A DNA stretch of 64,000 nt from the NCBI RefSeq assembly GCF_040938485.1, contig NW_027272215.1:496001-560000 (forward strand), read 5' to 3'. Numbering within the stretch: position 1 is the first letter of the stretch; every line of letters begins with the position of its first letter. Below the pieces are notes generated by a model. It saw only the letters and a program-made list of their open reading frames with translations. It did no database searches and was not told where the DNA came from. Origin of the DNA: Diadema antillarum. Taxonomy: Eukaryota. Below, in pieces: positions 12,759 through 27,600 of this stretch. A program made the translations under genes and the position numbers.

Positions 12759-14503
12759 TATTCTATGGGAGATAACTTTAACACTAACACTCCTCCAACT
12801 TTACGGGTTGATTTTGTTCAATGTTTGTTTTTGCTAAGATATTGCACAGAACATTAACATGATTTGTAATTAAACCGGTTTAATGTTTAAAGGTCAAAGG
12901 TAAGGGGGTACGAAGACAACGTTTTAAAACTACATGTACTCCCAAAACGTTGTAAAAGTAAAACAAAACAGAAACAATGGACAAAACAAAAAGCAATATA
13001 TATCTGAGGTAATCTTCGAGGCGACAGTGTGTGATTAAGGGCATGAAGACAGACATACAAAAAAAAAAAGGAAACAGGGCGAAAAGAAAATGTTTGTAAC
13101 AATTAATGTGCTTAAAAACAAGTAATCCTGTGGGCATATAAATCGGCAACGGGCGTGTCATGTAAAATGCACCGGAAAACATAATATCTGAGAAAGAGAG
13201 GGATACTTTTTTTCAGTATTACATGATCTTCAGACCAATATATGTTGTTTTAATTATGTTTCTTTCCGGGATGGTTGAGATATTATCAGCATCCAAAAGT
13301 AAATGAGGCATCAATCCTAATTTGATACTCGAAACTTGTAACGCATATCGGCAACTCTCAATCAGGTTTAATCATAAAGATAACCATACATTTCACATTA
13401 TTAGTGGCAGTAATTTATTGGCCAGAATGTCGGAATTCCTAACATCATGAATTTGACGGGGGTGAACACAAATCTTGGCCTCTGCCTAAAAGGACAGGGA
13501 CGCCGACACGCTGTCGTTACTTTTTGATTAGCGCCTTATCGGCGGTTCTGACGCGTGACCGTAGGAAACCCGGCTTAATATTGAAACCCGTGAGGCGCAG
13601 CGAGCGAGTATTAGCAGGCTTACGGAGAAGAAGACGGGAGTTTGGGTCACTTCGTGGCGACTTGCACGGAAACGTCAAAACCTATCTTCTACTTCCTATC
13701 AAGATGCATGCGACTGAATTCAGCTGGGTTAGAATCCGATACGAAAGAGGCATAGAACGGGGGCTGGCCAAAACGAAGCTCATTTGCATGCTGTTCAACG
13801 ACCTAGCCCGTAAAATTAGACCGTGTGTTGCTGTGTCTGAACCTTTCAACATCATAAATGTATAAGATACTCTCAGCGATACTGACAAATGCTAGATCTA
13901 TGCAAGAAATGACACAGTAAGCGTTCCAGATTACAGTTACTATGATTTAACTATTTTGCAATATATTATATTCCACAACACTCTTACAGTAAATCCAATC
14001 TTAATGAAATAAATTCAGTTTTATCTATTTACTGTTATTTCCATCATGAAGGCCAACTTCAACGTGGAGCGGTTTTCCATTACAGAACATCCTTGCACGG
14101 ATCGATGCACCATCGACCCCATGTTTTCTAAAAGAAACGATTTACCTACCTCCCCCCCCCCCCTTTTTTTTTTTCCAGGGAGTGATATTGTAGTCTCTTT
14201 TATAATCAAGCAGTTGTTAATGCAATTTCATGTGCAAGCGACTATGCTCCGTCTAAAATTCATTTCAGCGTGCATGATTTACAAAATGAAAAATAAAAAA
14301 TTGAGAATAAGTTAATAGTAAAAATTAATTGTATTTGTCCTTTCACAACGTCCTTGTAACTTTGATTTACGTATATTTCCATACAATTTGTCGGTCGTAG
14401 TTTTATTCTGTTTTGTTTTGAAGGCTAGGCTTTTCAAGTTAATAATTTCACCTGAGCTCCCAGAATTCAAAATCAATGTTGAACACTGATCGTGCCATTT
14501 CAG

Positions 14504-14746
14504 CATCGTCGAAGCTCCCCGACGCCTTCGACTGGCGAGACGTCGGCGGTATCGACTACGTATCACCGGTGCGCGACCAGGGAATCTGCGGCAGCTGCTA
14601 CGCCTTCGCCTCGACCGCGACGCAGGAGTCTCGGCTCCGCGTGATGACCAACAACACGGTGAAGCTGGTGATGTCGCCGCAAGAGGTAGTCAGCTGCTCC
14701 GAGTACGCGCAGGGTTGCGAGGGAGGATTCCCTTATCTCATCGCTG
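14504..14746 (+). CDS. CTSC: Cathepsin C-like heavy-chain exon carrying the catalytic Cys
   Basis: tttcag acceptor and gtttgt donor, phase 1/1. [33 protein letters not shown]...[24 protein letters not shown]. Confidence 0.96.
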
Positions 14747-14791
14747 GTTTGTACATCCCATGCCTCATATCAAACCTTCTAATCTTCTTAA

Positions 14792-15332
14792 AGGGAACGC
14801 AAACCCAAAGAGTAATGTGGATTGAGTGAAAACAGCAATATTGGTAGAACACATCAGTGAAAGTTTGAGGAAAATCGGACAATCGATGCAAAAGTTATGA
14901 ATTTTTAAAGTTTTTGTGTTGGAACCGCTGGACAAGGAGACTGGTAGAGGTAATGACGTATTAGTGGACAACAATACCAAGAAAATATAAAGGAAATCAA
15001 ACAAAATTTCACTTTTCTGGCACTATGAAAGAGCACTTGACTAACCGCCTTCAGAAAGCAGGGGGAATAATAGCTACCCTTAACATATGTCAGTATCAAG
15101 TTAATGGAATTTGTAGTTTTCATGAAATTTCCTTTAAGTTTTCTTTGAATTGTCGTCCACTCATACGTCATAACCTCTAGTAGTCTCCTCATCCAGCAGT
15201 TCCAACACTAAAACTTTAAAAATTCATAACTTTTGCATCGTTTGTCCGATTTTTTTTCAAACTTTCACTGATGTGTTCTACTAATGTTGCTGCTTTCACT
15301 CAATCACATTGATTTTGGGGTTTGCGTTCCCT
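14792..15332. mobile_element. TTAA-type MITE with long imperfect inverted arms, in the last CTSC intron
   Basis: Termini agggaacgcaaaccc / gggtttgcgttccct, flanked by ttaa and tgaa. A partial relative lies at ~60370-60700. Confidence 0.8.
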
Positions 15333-15596
15333 TGAAACCCAAATGATTTTAATGTGAAGACAATAATGGTGAAGTGGCACTTTCCTTTCATCATTATTTC
15401 AGTACTTCAGTTTTCGTGGAGAAGTCGAAGTTTTTATCTCGAGATAAATTCTTAGGCCCAGCGGTCCAGAACGCATAATGTTTCCCTAAAATGACTCTAT
15501 TGTGAAACATGTTTAACACAATTTCTATCATGAAAATAATATGATTAATCTCTTCACATTTACCTGCATGTTCTTCATGTTACTCTTGTCGTATAG

Positions 15597-16069
15597 GGAA
15601 GTATGGACAGGACTTTGGTCTGGTAGACGAGACATGCTATCCGTACCGCGAGCGTGACGCTCCTTGTCGACGAGTGTCCTGCCGTCGATTCCGCACCAGC
15701 GACTACCACTACGTCGGCGGCTTCTACGGCGCCTGCAACGAGGACCTAATGCGTCTAGAACTCCTCCGTAACGGACCGCTTGCTGTAAGCTTCGAGGTCT
15801 ACGACGACTTTCTTTTCTACCGTGGTGGCATCTACCATCACGTACCTTTCGTCGACCGATTCAACCCCTGGCAGACCACTAACCACGTGGTCACCATCAT
15901 CGGGTACGGCTTCAAGGGCGACAACCCCAAGAAGGGGGAGAAGTACTGGATCGTGCAGAACACGTGGGGTTCGGAGTGGGGCGAGAAGGGCTACTTCAGA
16001 ATCAAGCGCGGCAACAACGAGTGCAACATCGAAACTCTGGCGGTTGGCACCGTTCCGCTTACAAACTAG
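15597..16069 (+). CDS. CTSC: Cathepsin C-like last coding exon (catalytic His and Asn, stop codon)
   Basis: gtatag acceptor, phase 1. GKYGQDFGLVDETCYPY...YHYVGGFYGACNEDLMRLEL...TNHVVTIIGYG...YWIVQNTWGSEWGEKGYFRIKRG, ending at TAG 16067-69. Confidence 0.96.
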
Positions 16070-18954
16070 GAAAAAAAAAGCTAGAATTTCCATCGAAATA
16101 CAAATTTTAAAAAAAAATGCCTGAATAATTATCCACACATACACAAGTCGATGATTATTAACATTGTTGCTAGCTTCAATCAAAATTCATAAAAAGCAGC
16201 TCGAAGAATGATTTATTTATTTATGCTTGTGGAATGCAACCCGGGTAACCCCCAAACCCAAAATAAATCTTGCACAAAGGTAACCTTATGAAGCTGAGAT
16301 CAGCAGAGAGGGGCGGGACAACTAACAAAGGGATGACTTTTCTTTTTAAGTGAGACTCCGCAACAAAAATTGGGTAAAATTATGCCATGAAAATCATGTT
16401 TAACCAGAGAACTTACATGGGGATTTGCAGTATAAGAAAGAACAAACAAAGAAACAAACAAATGTAAATACTACAGTTAATCCACTTCATGACACTAAAA
16501 GCGAGAGAAGTAAAAAGCTGCTTGCTAATTACACATTGATTAACTAACTATTGTGATCGGATTGCACTAGGCCACTTCTCAACCGAAAATATTGAATCTA
16601 TCTGAACAAGGCATTGCTTTATTCCATCGAAAAGCTACTGGGTACCAGGGCGATATGCAGATACCATTTTAATTAAAAATATATAGATAGCGATTATCTG
16701 CAAATTGTGTCTAGGAATGGACGAGAGGATGAGAAGTCTGAAGATTGCACGAGCATTTACCATGTGTGATAAAGAAATATGCTATGTAAATAATAGTCAG
16801 TTCAATTTATTTGTGATACGAACTTACTATACCGTAATGTGCATAAACATGACAGGTATTTATCATTCTTCGATTTTCCATAACATGCATGCGAAATGTT
16901 TCATCTGTATCGCGGAGGCTAAATGCACTGGCTTGTCGTGTAGTCTAAGATAATGAAAAATAAGACTTTAAGATTGACACGTAGTCGACAAACAAGGGTA
17001 TGGTATCTGGGACAAAGTCCGTAAGACATTTAAAGACAAGCCAGACAAAGTCATACTTTCGTATCTACATCGTGTACATGATAACTGCGAGAACCACGCA
17101 ATCAGAAACATCATTTCAAAGAATATTGAACTAAACACATACGAATTGTTAACACACACAATGGTTGGCACTCTGTATCAGTGTAAAAAGATCCTTATTG
17201 AATGTAGAGTACAAAACCGTGTCAACATCATGAAAATGTAGTTCTACATCATGTTTATTTCTCGTATTATCTCCTTTGATATTTAGTATTGAACTATCTG
17301 AAACGCCTTTCTGTCTTTTTTAAAATTAATTTTCCCTACTATCGAACTTGGACTTTCCTTATTATTTTGATTTTGCGTGTATTCTTTGTCATATATTACA
17401 GGCGTGTATTGATGTCAATTTAGGTTATGGAAGTCATTATGTATTCGCATCCTTAAGCAACAATTTCCATGTCTTCCAGTACGTGCTTGTGTTCAGTTTC
17501 TTCCGTTTGGTGCGCAATAAGAAAATGTCACAAGTAGCTATTTAGGAGTAGGAAATATCAAAGTAACTTGCTACTTTCTTTCTTCATCCTGATTCATATC
17601 CCATAAGCTTATTATAATAATCAGAAGCACTACAAACCTCGCATCGAAGTTAGATTTAAAAAAAAGAAGAAAATGAAAGAATTTATCCGTAATAGAATAA
17701 GTGCCTGTCGTCAAAATCTCTCGAAGAGTTACAACTCTTTTGTTCGGTCAATATGTTTTTCTCTAACTTACTTATCACTAAGAGCACAACAAAATCCTGC
17801 TCATTTTGAAAACATAGCATGGAAAAATGATGAATTAAACTAGTACACTTGTAGTTACTTGTCATAGGGGAGAGTTAAAGAAGTGAGTGGATATCTGATT
17901 AATATATTTTGGACGTTAATGTTACGATCTTAAAAGGCACATTTTGACACAGTAATTCATAAAGATGTCCATTCTTGTGAAAATATGTGCATGAAAACTA
18001 CACACTCCATTTCAAAATCAGCCTGTATAAAATAGCCGTTCTCTTCACTTAAATTGTCCTCATTTGATTTAAAATTATTGTAAACATGTAAGTTCCTGTC
18101 GTTTCAAGACCTTTATTATGTACAATCTCTCATCGATTGAAATTATATTTCGGTGTACACTTTATTTCATCATAACTATATCTATATCACCTTCTTGACA
18201 GAAATCAGTAAATATGACAAATGCCGTGGCACTTCATCTGTTACGTAGCAGATAAATCCTGTAGCAATAATGACGGAATCTTCTTAAAATACCATTTTCT
18301 ATAAATGCGCTCTTTATACATTTGGTCTTTAAGTTTCGACAATATTAATTTTGCCTGTTCTATATTTAGACTGGTTAATTGACAATTGATTAAGATGTTC
18401 ACTGTTGTAAAATACATGTGCAGTATGTTACTAAATGTAAATCAAATCATAACGTAAAAGTCGTAGCTGTGTGCATGTTCAAACTAGGAAGAAAGGGGAG
18501 AAAAATAACTACCTTTTGTGTTGTCTGCCTTACAAGTGATGTAATTTGACTATATCCCATTTCTACCATACTGTTCAACCCTTTCACACTTTGTATTCAA
18601 TTTTGTTGAAAGATAATCCACTGTTTCTGAAGGAATATTAATAAACTCTATTTCTGTACTGTTATATTTTGATACCAGTGTAAATGATAAATCATATCAT
18701 GTAAATTCACTCTGCAGTCTCGTATTTTTATGGTGTTGATGACTGTTGTGTAAATTGAGTGTCTACATTCATAAAAATACGTTGAAGTTCTCATCGAACA
18801 TATTTTGCCATACTATGAAAAATGCACGCAATCCATATACATATTACACGAACCAATTAAGGAGTGTGTACAGTTCTGGTCGAGGTGAGGATTTAGCTTT
18901 TAACGTTTTGCGAGATATCCACAAACCACTCTACGAGATGTCAAAGAGCATGCA

Positions 18955-19240
18955 ATTCTAAACGGTATCAAAAGTTTATTTGATGACAATCGGTTTTGAA
19001 ATGGCTGAAATATCAAAAAACAAGGTGAAACAAAGAGATCCTAATAAAAAGCGTGGCCTGTAGTCTTTTTTAATCACTTTTTGGGATATCTCAGCCATTT
19101 TAAAACCAATTTTCATCAAATAAATGTTGAATCCTTCTTAAAATTACATGCTCTTTCATATTTCATAATAGTTTTCCCATTATCTCACTTAGGAATGTAA
19201 AAAACATGAATCCCCACCTCAACCAGTACTGTACAGCCCT
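18955..19240. mobile_element. Partial inverted copy of the 7290/21213 MITE family
   Basis: Contains aaaaccaattttcatcaaataaa and ends ...tactgtacagccct|ttat. Confidence 0.6.
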
Positions 19241-19277
19241 TTATAGTTGAATGATTTGGCAGGAACGGTAGGAAACG

Positions 19278-19280
<3 letters not shown>

Positions 19281-19316
<36 letters not shown>
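19281..19316. repeat. (TA)n microsatellite
   Basis: Direct reading. Confidence 0.95.
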
Positions 19317-19319
<3 letters not shown>

Positions 19320-19886
19320 GTAAATTAAAATTGTTACATTTTAAATATCATATTCAAAGGGTTAAATTTAGCACTCAAAATGTTGAACTACCACTCAGAA
19401 ATGGTAAATCCAACATTTTGAGCATTAATTTTAACATTCACAAAAAGATCAGGGGAGTGACAACATTTAATGTTAATTTACCAATTCAATTTTTTTAAGG
19501 TGCAGTAAAATTTCGAAAAAAAGGACAATGACGAGGATTTATCATGTACAACAAAATAAATAATTTATTGAAACATTATGCACTGCTGGCTTCGAGAAGT
19601 TCCTTTTATACCAATACGTATACTTTTTTAACAAAATTACTCTAAATCACATTCAGAAGTCAATACATGAAAATGAAATATATCAATATCTATTGTCTAT
19701 TGAATGATGTCACATATAATCAACAATTTTTTTTTCCCGAAATAATACGGCATGTAGAAAACTTACTTTCAATACATCAATCAAAGAATTTTCTATATTG
19801 GGCACGTACAACAATACAAGTACAGTCTTCATAAATCACCCCATCAAACTTTTGCAGACTCTCAAATCATTGTTTTGCAGGTACTA

Positions 19887-20071
19887 CAGTGCACTCTTGT
19901 TATAACGAACACGGTTACAATGAAATTCCGATTACAACGATGTAAAAAATCAGGCCGCAACATTATCTTCTCTTTGTTTTTTATTGTTTTTTCATTCAGT
20001 TATAATGAAATTTTGATATAACGAAAGAAAACTACCGGTCCTGAGGACTTTGTTACAACGGGAGTCCACTG
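19887..20071. mobile_element. pogo/Tigger-like MITE
   Basis: TIRs cagtgcactcttgttataacg / tgttacaacgggagtccactg, with TA on both flanks. Confidence 0.75.
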
Positions 20072-21212
20072 TACTACAAATATCACATAACCTTAACATT
20101 GCTATGAAATACATTCTTTTCAACCATGTTCATGTTTGTTGCTCCTTTGAGGTGGTTACATTCTGGAGCCAGGAAACAAGTAACATAGGATTTCAAGAAA
20201 ATAAAAAACTGGCCATCCAATTGATGCTGTTTTGATATGCAACAAAATATAACAGAGTCTGACTGAATGTTTTTGATTCCCCGACTGTTTCCTGACTGGA
20301 AAAAAAAGTAAAATAATTTTCCCTGATTTCCCTGATGGGCTGGGAACCCAGTAACAGCTACAATCAAGACATTCAAGTATAATTCCTTATATTTTCCCAA
20401 AAGGCAAATGATGGGCTGTGTCCTTAACTATCACGAAAAATGTGATGCTCCAATGGACACCAAACATGAATATACTTGTAGACAAAAAAGAAAAGAACTT
20501 GAAAAGACAACTCCAAACATATTAGGAATTACATCACATCACATTACATCAAGATCAATTAGCCTTACACCCTAGTAAAAGCAGGTTCAACTTTACCCCT
20601 TTTGTCGCACTAGAAGCATCTTTATTGGTGCAACTTTGCACTTTACAGACCTAACAGTGCAAATTTGTATCTTTAAAGGTGTTAACTGGTCTGAAAGGTG
20701 CAATGTTACACCCTTAAATGTACTCTCTGTGTCGCACTGGTAAAGATGCAAAGTTGAACCTATTTTTCTTAGAATTGAGCATCTTTTTTTTCTGTCTTTC
20801 TGTGTCTCTTGCATTCATTCCTCATTTCAACAAGTCACAATTTCACAAGAAAAAATGACTTCCATGGAACTTTGCATATTTATATATCGTCGGTTGAGAA
20901 TGATAAGGGCGTTAAGTTGTCACAAAATCCATAGTGTTCGAGACAACTTAACGCCCTTCTCATTCTCAACAGACGATATAATGTACATTAACAAGAGCAG
21001 TTACTTGCATAAAGAAATATTTTACTTATATTTCAATACAACATATGCAGTGAAAATATGAATACCACAGTAGATATTTACAAGTCTCACACACACCACT
21101 TGATATAATTATAAGCAAAAGTTATATCAATGTACAGTGTATAAATTAACCTGTTGTTCAAAGACTATTCCTGATCACACTCGGGTAGTCATCCATTGAA
21201 AATGCATGTTAA

Positions 21213-21604
21213 AGGGATCATACAGTTTTGGTTAAGACCTAATTTCAGGTTTCTAACATTTTTTGGTAAGATAATGAGAAACCTCTTATGAAATATGAAA
21301 GAGCATGTAATTCTATGAGGAATTCAATCGTTATTTGATAAACATTGGTTTTGAAATGGCTGAGATATCCAAAACAGAGCAATTCTATCTAATAAAGTCT
21401 GGGACCCACACTTTATCACAAAAGTGTTTTTTTTTTTACTTTGTTTTTGGATGTTTTAGTCATTCCAAACCCGATTTCCATCAAGTAAACTTTGAATTCT
21501 TCTTAAAATGGTATGCTCTGTACTATATCATTTACAAGCATTTTCATGGTATCTCGCAAAAGTTAAAAGCCCAATTCTCGTCTACACAATACTGTACCAT
21601 CCCT
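21213..21604. mobile_element. Complete TTAA-flanked MITE
   Basis: ttaa|agggatcatacagt ... actgtaccatccct|ttaa. Confidence 0.8.
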
Positions 21605-23329
21605 TTAAAGCAGGAGTGGTATACAGTGTTTCAATTTTCTCATACATGAATTTCTATTTCCTGCTGGCATCTGCATGTAAAAAATATGCTGAACAGTGAA
21701 AATTAACATCATGCAAAACCATTTTACATAGTGCATAGGAGCTATGGTTTACCACTTTACTTTGACATTTTCTTGTTTTTGTGCCAAAGTGGAAAAATTA
21801 GCACAAACCAAGTATGCTATTTCATACTTCGGGGAAAAAAAATGAATGCTGATAAAGATATTCAAAGTAATTTGAACACCTACATGGGAGAAATGATCCA
21901 CATGGATACATATTTTGCTGTGAAATGGGAAAATTACTCCTGGTGCCAAGTATGCAATACATGCATCATGTCTAAAAATAAACATATCACAGTATTCTCC
22001 AGTAAACCAAATAAAACAAAACACATGCTTTTTGTATATCAAAAAAAAATGCTAAAAAACAAACATAATAGTCTGTATGCATATTCAATGTCCTATACAT
22101 ATATTGTAATGTAAAGTGCATGGAAGTGATGATTTACATGGAAATGGGTTTTTACTAAACTGCTTACAGTTTTATGCATACACAAATAGTACATTTATTT
22201 TTCAGATCTTCCCACACACAAACACACACATACAAACACACATTCACATGAGAATGAATTAAACCTACAAGCCAAGGGCAACTACAACTCAATGTTGTAT
22301 TGTTGGAATACTCATTCCCCATGCCTGTTTGGGCAAGTGGGAGAGATACTGGACACACACACACACACATTACACAGCTTGCACCAACAAGCATAAAATT
22401 CACATCTGACATCCTGTCCCTACATCTAATGTTCACCACACACACACACACACACACACACACACCACTAAGCAGTCCTGCATAATGACTATCTGTAACT
22501 CACAGCCAGGTTACTATTTCTTAATTGAAGAATGAATATTACATTTATGCAGGGCTATCTACACTGTGTGTTAATCACCAGGAAAATGTCAGGAATGCTA
22601 CGACTACAACTCTAATCCACAATGAAATTCTCCTGAATAAAGTGCATATCAAATATCATGTACTTTTTGGGGTTTCTACAAAGGCAAAATATGCTTAATT
22701 TGTGAAATAGGTAAGTGTATGTTTGAAAGACAATTCTCTAAAATGAAGCAATCACTAAATCTTACTCAACTTATTCAAATGTGAAAAGATATGGGAAAGA
22801 ATATTGCCCTCATAAAATGATAAAGCAGCAAATTGCTTCAAAAAGCTTGTTTGAAAATTTTGTGTTGTATTGTCAGTACATTTCATTGCGTTGTTGTTTT
22901 TATATTTCTTCACTTCTTGTTTGACAATAGACATGCTTCTATGGCATATGGAAATAAATTCCATGTGACATGTAAAGTGACCGAGTGCCATTGTACAGAA
23001 TAATATGAATGGTAGTCTAGCAAGACTAATAATTTGAACAATTAAACTTTGTACTTAATAAATTTAACCTCATGTGAAAGAGAAACCACATGGCCTCCAC
23101 ATTTGGCAATGATTTCAGAGGTCTCTACTACCTGAAGACCATGAGACTGTTAGTCTACATCTACACGTAGGTGAGTTTCATTCCCCACATATTTGTAGTT
23201 AAGTTTTGAGGCAGGGTGGTATCTGATGTTGGTGTTGTAGACCCATACAAGGACCACAACTGCATGCCTTCTGCTGGTTTAGGGAAAAGGCCAATGACTC
23301 TTCACTGTGTGATTGGATCTCAACATTCA

Positions 23330-26300
23330 CCTCTACTCAGTGCATGCTAGTGTATCATCAACTACTGGTAAGGGATCTCTAGAGGAGGCTCAAATTTTCA
23401 ATGAATTGGATTAAATCAAATCAAATTAAGTGTAGTAACTAAATGAATCAAATCAAATTAAATCAAATTAAATTGAATGTGGCTTCTTGGCAGCCCGGGG
23501 GTAATGCTAATTTAAGGGGATACATTTCACATTGCACGACAATGCCAATTTCTAGTTATTTGTGCATTCTTGTTTGTTTTTTCATCCATCTGAACACACT
23601 TAGGTCAGGCAGCTCAGTTTTAGATTTTTTTTTTTTAAATTGATCAACCTCGATGTTGTTCAGAGGCTTTATTCAATGGATTGATATTCAATAATATGAC
23701 TTGACAATGAATCAGCAAGAGCTTACATGGAAGTGAAAGCTGTTCATGGTGGGGGACTTGCTCTTTTAAAGTCCCCCAAAACTGCTCATATGAAGACATT
23801 GTGAATGTTGGAAAAGAAAGCTTCTTCCCAAATGGTGTTTCTGCAAAAGGTCAAGTGAAAGATATGCTGTTGTCTCTCGGGAACTTCCAAGGACACCAAA
23901 TGGTGCAGGACGACTTCAACTTGAGCAACATGTATGAGATGTATGGAGCTAAAACGAGGCTGTACCTCTTTAGCTAAACAAACAAGATAAAAGGTTAGAT
24001 TGACTTTGTCTTGATGAAAACTTGCATTGCTTATATGTGACCCACCACCCCCAAACCATCGTACCAATAAGTTGTTTTTATTTTCCTGTTCAGTACAGAA
24101 TCTGAAATATGCAGCCAGAGCCCAATCCAGTACCCCAGCCTAAGGCACAGCCTCAGCCAGTCCTGGAGACACCAAGCAAGCCAGCTATCTTCGTAAATGC
24201 TCAATCATCAACTACTGGTAAGGAATCTCCAGAGAAGGCTCAACTTTTCAATGTGATATAGGAAATAAAATCTGATTTGGGTTGAATTGAACGGAATGGA
24301 ATGGAATGGAATGGAATTGAATGAAATGGAATTGAATGGAATTGGATTGAAATGGATTGGACTGGATTGAATTGAATTGAATTGAATTCAGTTGAATTTA
24401 ATTGAATGTGGCATCTGGGCAGCCCTGGGGGCAATGCTAATTTCTTGCAAGACATCTTTCCTGTTGATCAAGCCACATTTTAATTTAGCATGGATGGTAG
24501 AAATGAACCATAATCACATGGCGTATGCAGTTGCAGAACATGCATCAGATTTTAGTCTCTGTGACATGAAATCGAGGACACAGAAATCAAAAATATGGGT
24601 TGGCCTGGGTGGAAGTGGCAAAAATAATTGGGCATTGTTCACATACGGAAACTGCTGCCAGTGCCAGGGGATATATTTCGCATTGCATGACAATGCCGAT
24701 TTCTAGTAATTTTTGCATTCTTGTTTGTTTTTGCATCCATCTAAACATACATATTTAGGTCAGGCAGCTCGGTTTTAGAACTTTTTTTTTTACATTGATC
24801 AACCACAATGTTATACAGTGGCTTTATTCAATGGACTGAAATAAAAAATATGCCTTTGCCAATGCAGCAGATCAAACCTTTATAAAGGCAACTGCCCATC
24901 CCATTCTCATCAGTCTGACACCTAGATCAGTTAAGGATAATTACTTTAACCTACACATATTTGTGAAATCAACTATATCACAGGTCTGTAATGCGCAAGG
25001 CTACACGTATGTCGTCACAAGTAAATAAATTTGTAAATGTACAAAGAGCAAATGGTATAGTACGGCATGAAACCATGAAGTAAACATTGGGATGTCAAAC
25101 TGGAACTTTCTAGGCAAAATAATCAGTACTGGAAGTAACTTTAATTTCACCCTGAAGTGAGAAAAGTGGTGAATTGTATCTTAATTCCATTTAATTTTAC
25201 AGGCGAAAGTGAACCTTGGCTGGAAACACTCCAATGAATCAGCTAGAGCTTACATGCAAGTGAAAGCTGCTCATGGTGGGGTACAGTGTACTTGACTATT
25301 AAAGTCCCCAAAAACTGCTCATATGAAGACATTGTGAATGTTGGAAAAGAAAGCTTCATCCCAAATGGTGTTTCTGCAAAAGGTCAAGTGAAAGACATGT
25401 TGTTGTCTCTCGGGAACTTCCAAGGACACCAAATGGTGCAGGACGACTTCAACTTGAGCAACATGTATGACATGTATGAAGCTAAAACGAGGCTGTACCT
25501 CTTTAGCTGGACAAACAAGATAAAGGTTAGATTGACTTTGTTTTGATGAAAACTTGCATTGCTTATTATGTGACCCACCACCCTCAAACCATTGTACCAA
25601 TAAGTCATTTTTTCTGTTCTGTACAGAATCTGAAATCTATATGCAGCCAGAGCCAAATCCAGACCCCAGCCTAAGGCTCAGCCTCAGCCAGTCCTGGAGA
25701 CACCAAGCAAGCCAGTTATCTTCCTAAATGCTGGTGTATCATCAAATACTGGTAAGGGATCTCCAGAGGAGGCTCAACTTTTCAATGTGATATAGGAAAT
25801 AAATTCTGATTTTGGTTGAATTGAACTGAATGGAATGGAATGAAATTGATTTGAAATGGATTGGACTGGATTGAATAGAATTCAGTTGAATCTAATTGAA
25901 TGTGGCTTCTGGGCAGCCCTGGGGGCAATGCTAATTTCTTGCAAGACATCTTTCCTGTTGATCAAGCCGCATTTAGGATGGATGGTAGAAATGAACCATA
26001 ATCACATGGAGCATGCAGTTGCAGAACATCCATCAGAGTTCAGTCTGTGACACGAGATCGAGCACACACAAATCAAAAGTATGGGTTGACCTGTGTGGAA
26101 GTGGCAAAATTGATTGGCCATTGTTCTTATACAAAAACTGCTGCCAGTGCCAGGGGATATATTTCGCATTGAATGCCGATTTCTAGTTATTTTTGCATTC
26201 TTGTTTGTTTTTGCATCCATCTGAACATACATACTTAGGTCAGGCAGCTCAGTTTTAGAACTTTTCTTTTTACATTGATCAACCACAATGTTATACAGTG

Positions 26301-27600
26301 GCTTTATTCAATGGACTGAAATCAATAATATGCCTTTGCCAATGCAGCAGATCAAACCTTTATAAAGGCAACTGCCCATCCCATTCTCATCAGTCTTACA
26401 ATTAGATCAGTTAAGAATAATTACTTTAACCTACACATATTTGTGAAATCAACAATATCACAGGTCTGTCGTGCACAAGGCTATGTTGTCACAAGAAAAT
26501 AAATTTGTAAATGTACAAAGAGCAAATAATATAGTAAGGCATGAAACCATGAAGTAGACATTGGGATGTCAAACTGGAACTTTCTGGGCCAAATAATCAG
26601 TACTGGAAGTAACTTTAATTTCACCCTGAAGTGAGAAAAGTGGTGAATTGTATCTTAATTCCATTTAATTTTACAGGTGAAAGTGAACCTTGGCGGGAAA
26701 CACTCCAATGAATCAGCTAGAGCTTACATGGAAGTGAGAGCTGCTCATGGTGGGGGACTTGTCTATCAAAGTCCCTAAAAACTGCTTATATGAAGACATT
26801 GTGAATGTTGGAAAAGAAAGCTTCTTCCCAAATGATGTTTCTGCAAAAGGTCAAGTGAAAGATATGCTGTTATCTCTCGGGAACTTCCAAGGACACCAAA
26901 TGGTGTTGGACAACTTCAACTTGACCAACATGTATGAAATGTAAGGAGCTAAAACAAGGCTGAACCTATTCAGCAAGACAAACAAGATAAAGGTTAGATT
27001 AACTTTGTTTTGATGAAAACTTGCATTGCTTATTATGTGACCCACCACCCCCAAACTGTCATACATGTAAGTCATTTTTTTTTTCTGTTCTGTACAGAAT
27101 CTGAAATATGCAGCCAGAGCCAAATCCTGTACCCCAGCCTAAGGCACAGACTCAGCCAGTCCTGGAGACACCAAGCAAGCCAATTATCTTCATATATGCT
27201 GGCATATCATCAACTACTGGTAAGGAATCTCCAGAGGAGGCTCAACTTTTCAATGTGATTTTCGAAATAAAATCTGATTTGGGTTGAATTGAACTGAATG
27301 GAATGGAATGAAATTGATTTGAAATGGATTGGATTGGATTGAATTGAATTGAATTGAATTGAATTCATAACGTGGCTTTTGGGCAGCCCTGGGGGCACTG
27401 CTAATTTCTTGTGAGACATTGTTATTGTTGATCAAGCCACATTTAGCATGGATAGTAAAAATTAACCACAATCACATGGAGTATGCAGTTGAAGAACAGC
27501 CATCACAGTTCAGTCTGTGACACGAGATCGAGCACACAGAAATCAAAAGTATGGGTTGGCCTGTGTGGAAGTGGCAAAAATAATTGGGCATTGTTCATAT
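23330..27600 (+). repeat. Tandem ~1.5-kb repeats (about 3.3 copies), each with decayed exons and a (GAATG/GAATT)n microsatellite
   Basis: The anchor aatgaatcagc(a/t)agagcttacatg recurs at ~23707, 25233 and 26707. Pentamer tracts lie at ~24280, 25815 and 27285. Confidence 0.92.
25202..25523 (+). pseudogene. Best copy of the triplicated exon, encoding the N-terminal domain seen in G2E3-like HECT proteins of marine invertebrates and fish
   Basis: tttacag acceptor. Reads KVNLGWKH...YMQVKAAHGG(G)-frameshift-LTIKVPKNCSYEDIVNVGKESFIPNGVSAKGQVKDMLLSLGNFQG...MYEAKTRLYLFS. The family assignment is recalled from the LGW..VR..GGGT..FFP.G.S.KG..RLYL pattern. Confidence 0.5.

Noticed and set aside
13524-13888. 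CpG-rich patch with an octamer (ATTTGCAT) as an snRNA gene
   Set aside because: No snRNA or tRNA body is recognisable, and a single 8-mer is expected by chance.
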